A stretch of 64,000 bases of DNA from Dimorphilus gyrociliatus (lineage: Eukaryota; Animalia; Annelida): assembly GCA_904063045.1 (NCBI GenBank), contig CAJFCJ010000003.1:1178001-1242000 (forward strand). The letters are read 5' to 3'. Under the pieces are notes generated by a model, which saw only the letters and a list, made by a program, of their open reading frames with translations, made no database searches and had not been told where the DNA came from. Each line of letters begins with the position of its first letter. Within the stretch, counting starts at the first letter, position 1. The position numbers were made by a program, and so were the translations under genes. Shown piece by piece: positions 38,851 through 47,652 of this stretch.

Positions 38851-41800
38851 AATATTTAAAACCCTTATAGCCTTAATTAGTATTACCTTTCAATTTAATA
38901 AAGAATAGAAGCAACCACTAATTAAGGGTATTTTTTTATGTTAAAAAATGGCCGTCAGCAACGAACGCATCCTTAGTTCCCCATATCGGGTTATTAATCC
39001 GCCTATTCTAAATTTTCATAGGGAAAATGGAGAGAAAAAGGAACCCATTGAGACTACGGATTATAGTTTTATAAGCAGAGTAGCAGAATATAGTTTTTAG
39101 TTAAGGGTTTATATAATTTACAGCAAAGTAGCGCAAAAGGAGAGCAAAAAAGGAAAATGGAGAAAGAGATGGAAAAGTCGTTAGTATATTAAACCTATGA
39201 ATAAAGAAGTATATGGTAACTGCAATAGTTGCTGTCTAGACAGTAAAAACATACTTTTTTTAATGCGTACTATAGTTATAAGATATTGAAAAATTGTAAT
39301 GTTTATTATAATTCATTTAAAATGAATTTACTTGAATAAGAAATATCCCTTTAATTCTTTCTATTGCTAATTGCAGACTATTTAAAACATATTTACGTAT
39401 TTATGTTATTGCCCATTTTGCAGTTGCGTAATAAATTCTATCAACACGATTTTTAGATAATACATACTACTTTGACATTTTCGGGATAAATAGATAACTT
39501 TTAAATATTCATTACAACACAATTCGCGTATAATCCTCTATATGAATATTAATAAGGTCAATGTAATAAAGACAATACACGTTAATTTAATAACTTAATC
39601 TCTTTTTTGAATAAAGTTAAGAAATGTCACTCGAATAAGAGCTACATATTATATATTTATTTATAAGTAGATGAATTCATTAATAATTCTTTATGAGGAA
39701 TTTTCTATAAGGTTAAAAGGAAATTAATATATTAAATACATTCTCATATTCAATTTTTATTTAAATTTTTATGCTCCTACACACCCTACTACTCCTCCTA
39801 CTCCTCCTCCCTCTTCCTATACCATAAACCTTCACCTTTTACAACCCTAAAAACCTCCTCTTTTCTCTTTTCTAACACCCTTTTCGCACCCCCTTTTTTT
39901 CCAATTTTCCCAACGACAAAAGCAAAGAAATGTTAAATTCTTATAATTAAAATATTTTCATTTTCCTAGTTTCTTATTTTTCTCTCTACCCTCCCCTCTC
40001 CCCGCCTGTTCATCATCTCATATCCTCCTCCTGAGTCTTGTGGAAAATCCTTGCTAATACTTTTTTACAGTACCTTCAATTGAATTTATTTTCAACAATT
40101 AGGAATGTAACTATGGCAATTGTATGTAAACTGTGGGATGTATTAGATATGTACAGTATATTTAACGCATGCATTTACTGAATATACTGTACATAAGAAT
40201 ATACGCACTCACATTTACTGTACTAGATATTGGTTTACTTATTAGTATGTATTCATAAATTTTTCGTTCATGATTTTCATATAGAATTCATAGGGGAAAT
40301 ATAATTAATTACTTCATTAATGGAAATTATCGATTAGTTATCTGTATGAACATATCCCTTTTTGAACCTTATTAATATTGTCTTACAGTATGTTTATCTG
40401 ATCAACACCATAACAATACGATGTTCTTTTTACTTCAGGCAAAGTATAGACCATAAAATGCATATTTATGGATATTCTCTTGTAGTATGTCTTATATTAA
40501 GAAACTAAAGAAATTGTAACGTTTGACAGTTTAATTATATTATTCATTCAGTTCATTCTCTTCCTCCTTTTATGAAATTGAAAAACTCGTTCGAACGAGA
40601 TTTATAAAACAGTTATTAGACGGCATTTGTCCAAAATAGAGACACACATTTCGGTACAGTTATAGCGACGTTTTAGCTTTAACAAATCGTGTTTTCCGCC
40701 CGAGAGCGTCGATTGTTGCCAGAGACGCTTTTAAAGCGAAATGAAACGCCGATTCATCAGGCCAAATTAAGTATACGCAACGTTTTACGCTAATCGTTTC
40801 TTATATAATCAGCTTAAAAATCCAGCGTAAATCGCAACGCTTCTCTAGGAAATTAGAGAGACGCTCGCCCAGCACTTAATCAGCTAATGATAAGGTGCGT
40901 TTAGACGCCACAGATGTGCTGGCAATTTCAGCTTATTCTTTAGGATTTTTTTAATCTAAACACGCATCCGGTGATAATTTTTCGAGTGCTAGACGCTCTT
41001 ACGTAATTTTCACAGTTGTTTGCCGAAGGTAAGCTGTTGTGTTCGCGCGTGGATGCGCGTGTATCTATATATATACGCTACAGCATTTCTTTTTACATTA
41101 CCACCTGCAAAAAATATTGCTAGGGCCATTAGCCCAACATGCACCTATTAAGGGTATAGGAACGGTATAAAGTAGCCCAGATCCTCTTTTATTATTTGTT
41201 ACAATCGATATGCCATTAGGATTAGTCGGATCGTGTTGCGGTTTAGTCATATATTTTTTCGTCCATAAATCTAGGGCAAGGCAATATTTTCATTTAATTC
41301 TTATTTGACGCTCCTGTTGATATAAAACCTAGGTAAAAATATTAGTTCACCGAGAAACGAAATAATAGAAGAAATAATAAGAAAACAAAATTGTAAGGAA
41401 AGCGTTTAAGTAACACTTTCTACCTTATTCCATTCAACTAGAAAAGAGACGCCTTATTTTTATTAATTACTCTTCTAAATTAATATAATTATATATTCTG
41501 CGTCTTTTTGAATCTTTTTTTTTTAATTATCATTAATGAACTAAAAACTAGAAAAAGAAAATACAACAATAGCCCATTTTCCTTTAAATAGAACTCACGA
41601 AATGGCAAATTACAAAGAGATGTGAAAAATAAACTTTTCTACAAACGACAGATGGCGTATATTGTCGGACAATTTTTACCTTGTTCGACTTCTCTCCCTT
41701 GTCTTTTTTCAGATACAGTCGTTTGTAGCTATTTTGGGCAAACTGTTGTTAAAATGTAATAAAATATATAGAAGAACATCAATATTACAATAAAACTCCC

Positions 41801-42151
41801 AATAATAATGAATGGAATCGACTCTTCCATTCGAATAGTCAATAAAGCGCATAGAAATTGCAGACAATCAACCGCAAATTCGAATTTCAATACTCGTTAA
41901 GAATTAGCTGTTAGAAGACATACAGATATCTTTTATGTAACTATTAATTTAAGAAGCGTTCGGCTATATTCAATATTCAATTCATTTGTTGTTTAATAGT
42001 TAATCTTAATATATTGATCATTAAAATTTTAAAAGACCAATAGTCAGCACAAACAAATATATTTAAATTTCTATTTTACTATATAAAAATATACAAAGTT
42101 GTCTATGAATGAATATCTTTATAAAAAAAGACAAACGAACGACAATACAAT

Positions 42152-42183
42152 AACAACAACAACAACAACAGCAACAACAACAA
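42152..42183 (+). repeat. (CAA)n microsatellite
   Basis: AAC/CAA triplets with one interruption. Confidence 0.9.
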
Positions 42184-42721
42184 AACACTACGAATAATTA
42201 TGTTAATTAATTAATTGGGTTTAGTTCTACTTTTGAAGATTTTCAAATTAGTTTGTTAACTTAATTATCATTTCCAAATTGAAAGTATATTCATCTCAAT
42301 AAAAGACGGATTATGATGTTATTAGCTCTAACATGTTATCTTAATAATGATTGATGAAAATAATGAATAGAAAAGATAAAGATTATATATATTGTAATAT
42401 TTAGATTATTATACTACACTTGTTATTTTTTTAACGATAATGAAAGAATTCGTGATATATGAAATAGATTAAACAGATTGTCTATCATTTAGGAGGATCA
42501 TCTACATTTGCATAGATGAAGAGAAATCTTCAATAAAAGATAATTTGGTGATTCTCTCCGCCATCGTTAGTGTGTATTCTTATTTTAAATAGACTCAAAT
42601 CTATCGTGTTTCTCACATTATTTAAAAACTGGCAGAGTAAAATTGTTAACTATTGAAAATAGAATTGAAAATTCATATTTCAGAAATACTTTTCATTGAT
42701 TTTTAAAGATTTTGTAGTTAG

Positions 42722-43714
42722 TCAATTTATATCTATTTCACAAACTTCTGTTTCAATAGAAATATCTTGGAAATAGACAATATATTCTCCAATACTCGAA
42801 ACTGTACAATTGAATAAGTTGAGTGTTGATAAACACTTTCCAACTTGATTATTTAATGGTTTTAACGATTGAACGAAAATATTATCCAATGTTTGATTTC
42901 TATTTGAAATCTTGAAATAATCAAATATAGTTTGTACTTTTATTTTAATCCCTAATTCGTTTCTTTTAAACGTAACGCATGTCTGTAAATTTCCATCAGT
43001 TAACTTTTTCACTTCATTATTGCATTTATTATTGGGAATTGTTTCAATTTTGGGAATAATTTCGTAGGTACACTTTAATTTACCTACTGAACATTTATTT
43101 ATTCCGTCGTTTGTATCGCCTAACTCCATTTTCTTTAGGGGTAATCTATGCGGTAAGACAGAAATTTTTCCACTAAGATCAAATATAGGATCTTTATCAT
43201 TGGCTATATCTGGATAGCAATCTAGCGAGGTGTCGTTAGCATCCTCGCATATTTGACTTATAAGACATTTACATATTCCATCTTCAGATATGAAACTAGT
43301 GTAATTTCCATTCCAGAAAGAAAATTTCACATAGTTATTAGAAGCTTTGTTATTAGAAAAGCGCATATTCTGTTCGCAGGTCCCAGCAGTTTTTAAAAGT
43401 TCATCCATATCGGAATCGTCAAAATATTCATATTTTGGAGTTAATACGAGGCTAAATGCAGTTTGAACTGCCGTTAACTGACTGAAACTTTCAAGATCGT
43501 TATCTAAGACAGTCATGACAGAAGTTCTTGTAACCATTTCACAATAAATTTGGGATGTAGCTCCTCCAACTCTAGGTTGAATATCATATATACCAGTTAC
43601 GTAGTTGTTATGTTTAACAGCATCATAACAAGATTTATAAACAGCCGCTGAATGTATACAACATATTGAAAAGAATATCAGGGCTAAACGTAGAAAATCT
43701 TTCAAGTTTTTCAT
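42722..43714 (-). CDS. Secreted protein, 330 aa, single exon: signal peptide + Caspr/Neurexin-IV-type fibrinogen-like domain + degenerate F-type-lectin/discoidin-like domain
   Basis: Hydrophobic N-terminus. Pattern SC..A....G.Y.I.P......YC.M...CEQ...FW.G....G.C.C...LP+..+.+GDT.....SVG.LKC follows the Caspr fibrinogen-like module. The C-terminal half has LTDGNLQTC, ISNR and EVCEIDI, as in FTP/F5-8C-like sandwiches. TATAAAAG on the minus strand at ~43775-43782. Confidence 0.8.
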   Translation of the reverse strand: MKNLKDFLRLALIFFSICCIHSAAVYKSCYDAVKHNNYVTGIYDIQPRVGGATSQIYCEMVTRTSVMTVLDNDLESFSQLTAVQTAFSLVLTPKYEYFDDSDMDELLKTAGTCEQNMRFSNNKASNNYVKFSFWNGNYTSFISEDGICKCLISQICEDANDTSLDCYPDIANDKDPIFDLSGKISVLPHRLPLKKMELGDTNDGINKCSVGKLKCTYEIIPKIETIPNNKCNNEVKKLTDGNLQTCVTFKRNELGIKIKVQTIFDYFKISNRNQTLDNIFVQSLKPLNNQVGKCLSTLNLFNCTVSSIGEYIVYFQDISIETEVCEIDIN

Positions 43715-44566
43715 TTTTAAATATCTCCGTCTGGAAGAATTTCTGTGTACGTAATATTACCAGATGAACAATATACTTTTATAATAGTTATTTTACTTTG
43801 TATTGATATAATTGATAAATTGATCAGTAATATTTTCTAGTGAAACTTTATAGACTGAAATCTTTCTCTTTATTTGTGAGCATCTCGATTGTGCAAGAAG
43901 AATAAACAAGTGTATAGATTTCTGTTATAAAAATGAAAAATAATGGTAAGAATCAATATTTATACCTAAGCCTATCATCGAATCATTATTAATCTACTAT
44001 ATTCAGTAGAAGTTATACTGATTCACATAGAATCGGGTAGGAGAGCAGAAATGAAAAAGTATGTGATGATTCATACAAAAACAAGTCTCTTCACTGAAAT
44101 CTTTAATCAAGTTATTTTTGAGAATTGTTAACATATAAGACGGATAAGAATTCTATCTCAATTATAGAATCATTCACAACAATCATCAGTTTTTGAATAT
44201 TCACACTTCGATCATTTCAATCTAACTTAATGAGATTATTGTTTTTTTGTTAAATTGATAGCCTTTAAAATGGTAAATTAAAAAAAAGAGAGATATCATA
44301 AACGTGAATAAAAATTATTAATTAACTTTAAAAATATATATTATTTTACATTTTTAGACGATTTTGCAACAAATAAACTAATTTAAATTATTTGAATAGT
44401 TAACTTTTTGCTTATTAAAAAACATATTAAGTTTTATTTTACTATTAAAATGAAACTTTAACAATCTAATAATATAGTTTTAGATGATATATTAGTGATA
44501 TATTTAAAGAAATTATTTAAATTTCACCTAACATTCTCCAGTGAATAACCTATTTAAACTTGACTA

Positions 44567-44906
44567 ATGATAATTATGAAATATATTCTTCTTTATAGTA
44601 TTTTTATGTTCTTGTATGTTCAAGAGTTGCAGACGTTTAATTACGATAGATTTAATCTTTTTAATCCAGAAAAGAATGTTGATAATGACATTAATTCACT
44701 AAGAGAAAAAGTTCGTCGATCAAATGTAAGTTTTTCATCTTTCTATTACGTTCATTAGGTTTCTATTTATTTAAAAAATTATGTTTTTCACTTAGGAAAA
44801 AAAGGAATATATGTTGAAATCGTTGAAGTATAGAATGAAAAGAGGATGCTGCGATATGGATATCTTTTGTCTCGTTTCCGAAGGAGACTGTAAGAAAAGA
44901 AAATAA
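44567..44906 (+). CDS. Secreted Cys-rich peptide precursor, 89 aa; exons 44567-44725 and 44796-44906
   Basis: Signal peptide M(II)MKYILLYSIFMFLYVQELQT; phase-0 intron GTAAGT...CTTAG (70 nt); spliced C-terminus EKKEYMLKSLKYRMKR-GCCDMDIFCLVSEGDC-KKRK*; AATAAA at 44940-44945. Confidence 0.78.
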
Positions 44907-45399
44907 CCCTAGTAAATGTTTTACCAATGTATTCTAATCAATAAACAATGCTACTTAAACTTAGTAATTTATAAATTTAAATTCAAAGACATGTAAATAG
45001 AGATAAAAAGATTATCTTCATTAACAGCTGTATTAGTGAATAGACAAGTTAATAATACATTTTTTTATATTCTATACAATACAAAAGTGTTTTGAAGAAA
45101 TTTTCTCTTCAATTTCATGAGGCTATCCTCTCATTGGAACTCCTTCTCCATACATTCATAGGTAGAAAATCGTCTTATATAGAGAAATCAAACATATAGT
45201 TTTCTTTATTAGTCATATGGTCTTTTAAAATATCGTATACTTTTACGATTACCTTTCTTTTTCAGCGTTAATCAAATAGTCAAATATTATAAATGCGTGG
45301 GTGGAAAACAGTCTTTGAGACAATAGCGAAAATATCTTATGAATTTAATCAGTATAACTTTTCTGAAACCTACTTATTTTTAAGAAAAAACCAAAATAA

Positions 45400-45624
45400 A
45401 ATAAATTCTTATTTTTGTATGGAAGTTACTAATTTCACATCTGAAGATAGAATATGTAGAGATGTTTCATCAGTCATTTTTACAGGGATGCTAACGATAC
45501 TTCTGTAGATAGCTATTTAGATATAGCTAATGAAAAAGATCCTATATTTGATCTTAGTGGAAGGATTTCTGTCTTACAGCATAGATTACCCTTAAAGAAA
45601 ATGGAGTTGGGCTTTACAAATGAC
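45400..45624 (+). pseudogene. Inverted, decayed fragment of the 42722-43714 gene
   Basis: Encodes DIANEKDPIFDLSGRISVLQHRLPLKKMELGFTND, versus parent DIANDKDPIFDLSGKISVLPHRLPLKKMELGDTND. The upstream part (TNFTSEDRIC vs TSFISEDGIC) is in another frame. No signal peptide or C-terminal domain. Confidence 0.85.
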
Positions 45625-45727
45625 AGAAAAATATTAAATAAGACAAAAGATCATTTTCATCAATATTTAAATATTTCATTGTTGTTCTATAATTTATATT
45701 TTTGCTCAAACTTACGATATGAATGTC

Positions 45728-45765
<38 letters not shown>

Positions 45766-46569
45766 GCATATTATATCATCATTCATGTAATCTATAATGT
45801 TTATACTTCACTATGAAGATGTTTTGCTATATTTAACCAAAGTATGATTCGAAAGAGGGCAACACTGTATATGTTCATCAAAGAAATTAACATATAATAA
45901 GGTCAATTAAATGAATAAGAAGCTGAAAAAAACATAATGAAATGGCGAAAATCAATTACGATAATGTTGTATCACTTGACAATAGAAACATCATTAATAT
46001 TCTAATGCTAATGGCGAAAGATTATTTATCTAATAAAATATAAGTTCTATTATTATCTTATTGCTAAAATTTTTTCATATTGAATTGTTAAATAGTCAAA
46101 AAAAATCGAACAAATAAGTTATAGAAATATCCCAAAAAGTGGTTGTTTTCTTTTGGTTTTAAATTGAACGTTAGTATGACACTTACTTAAAAATTAAATA
46201 CATGAATATTAAACAGGTTTATAATAAATTATTAAAATTTATGCGATAGAACATTTTTTCATTGAGACAGACATTGAATTTTTTAAATTCCCTGTGCTCT
46301 AAGTTGTCAACACGCTCAGACACTACTATTCTAATTGTAATGAAAATATATACATATCATATGAGCATAGATTTCTTTTTATTATTAGTTCAATAAAATC
46401 ATTTAATAATAAATAGGCCTTAGTAACCAATTGTTTTAAGTATGTTGTCTCTATGTGGTCTTTGTCGGTGAATGGTCTTTGAAAACATATTTCTATATAC
46501 ATATTTTTATGTTCAGATCAGATGTACTGCATTTGAACATTATTTAAAAACGAAGGATAAGATACGAGC

Positions 46570-47618
46570 ATGGCGAAACGTATGAAAGGTAAAATGATTG
46601 AAAAAGTTTTAATCATCTCTTATCATAAAGTAATCTAATACGCTATTATTGCTAATTTAACCTTATAAAACATTCTATTAGATTCAAATATGCCTAAATC
46701 AGCAAGTTCCGTTCAATCAAGACTGAGAGGAAAGAGTAAATACTTTTTCTTTTAAAAAGTTTTCGTTTAATTGAATTCTTTATTTTAGGTTCAGAGGGAA
46801 ATTCAAGAGATTTGAATGAAAAGAAAAGATTACTAAGTAATTTTGCATTATTTGTATTTCATATCTTTTTAAATCTTCTGTATTTAGCGTATAGATTTAA
46901 AATTAAATACAAATTAAAATTGTAGGAGCCGAGAAGATAAAATTGAAAGATTACGGTTTGTAAAGTCGCTAAATCATGTTACTTAAAGTATCAAATTCAT
47001 TTCTATATATCTATATATATCGTCAAATATACAGAAGCGGAGATGGCAAATACAGTTTATCCAAGAAGAAAATCACGTTTGTATTTACATAATATAAAAA
47101 AATAACTTTATTCTTAAATTAATGATTATGAAAATGATTGTAATTTCTCTGTCTCTTGCCCTTCCTCATCCTCATTTTACTCCCTACCAACTCGCCCAAT
47201 ATATATATGTATATGAATAAAGAATTGGAAAAAGCAATAGCATCTTCGAAACGTGTGTATTCTAATTGATTTATCGTGATTATTCAATTAATACTCTTTC
47301 TATTTTTAAATATAATAGAATTAATTGGTTTGTATTATAGTATATCTACAAATACTGTATATAAAGCATATTAAGAATGTATATTATTGTATTTATCAAA
47401 AAAAATGTTGCATATTTATAACTCAAAGAAAAGTTAATAAAAGAAAGTGGCCAAGAAGGTTAATTTTTTAGATTAAAAGTTATCAATCACCCTAATCAAT
47501 TCTAATATTCTTTATTTTTTGACTCTTTTTAAAATAGATGATAAAAAAAAGAAATCTAATTTGCAAGATAATCAAGTTACTAGAAGTAATAGGACAGAAT
47601 TAAAAAGTTTGCTCTTTT

Positions 47619-47652
<34 letters not shown>

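Larger units (their letters stand above)
3600..42700. other. Gene desert / putative SoxB1 cis-regulatory landscape
   Basis: No ORF with recognisable protein character over ~39 kb, versus roughly 0.1-3 kb gene spacing to the right. Repeated 0.2-1 kb GC/CpG-richer islands are separated by AT-rich and microsatellite spacers. Confidence 0.75.

Noticed and set aside
389-42000. The many 60-126 aa ORFs in the upstream region and desert (e.g. 7068-7430, 14128-14329, 17177-17557, 19415-19789)
   Set aside because: Compositions reflect (TA)n, poly-T/A, purine tracts or stop-poor GC islands (YIYI, F/L- or K/R-rich); many start at non-ATG codons; no domains or consistent splice chains. Hidden micro-exon genes cannot be fully excluded.
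3600-42700. A linked SoxB2 or second HMG-box gene
   Set aside because: SoxB genes are often clustered, but no second HMG-box ORF is present on either strand in this window.
178-46421. Recurrent AGGCCT/TAGGCCTA palindromes
   Set aside because: Scattered in AT-rich spacers and also in the gene-dense part; looks like a genome-wide compositional feature, not locus-specific.
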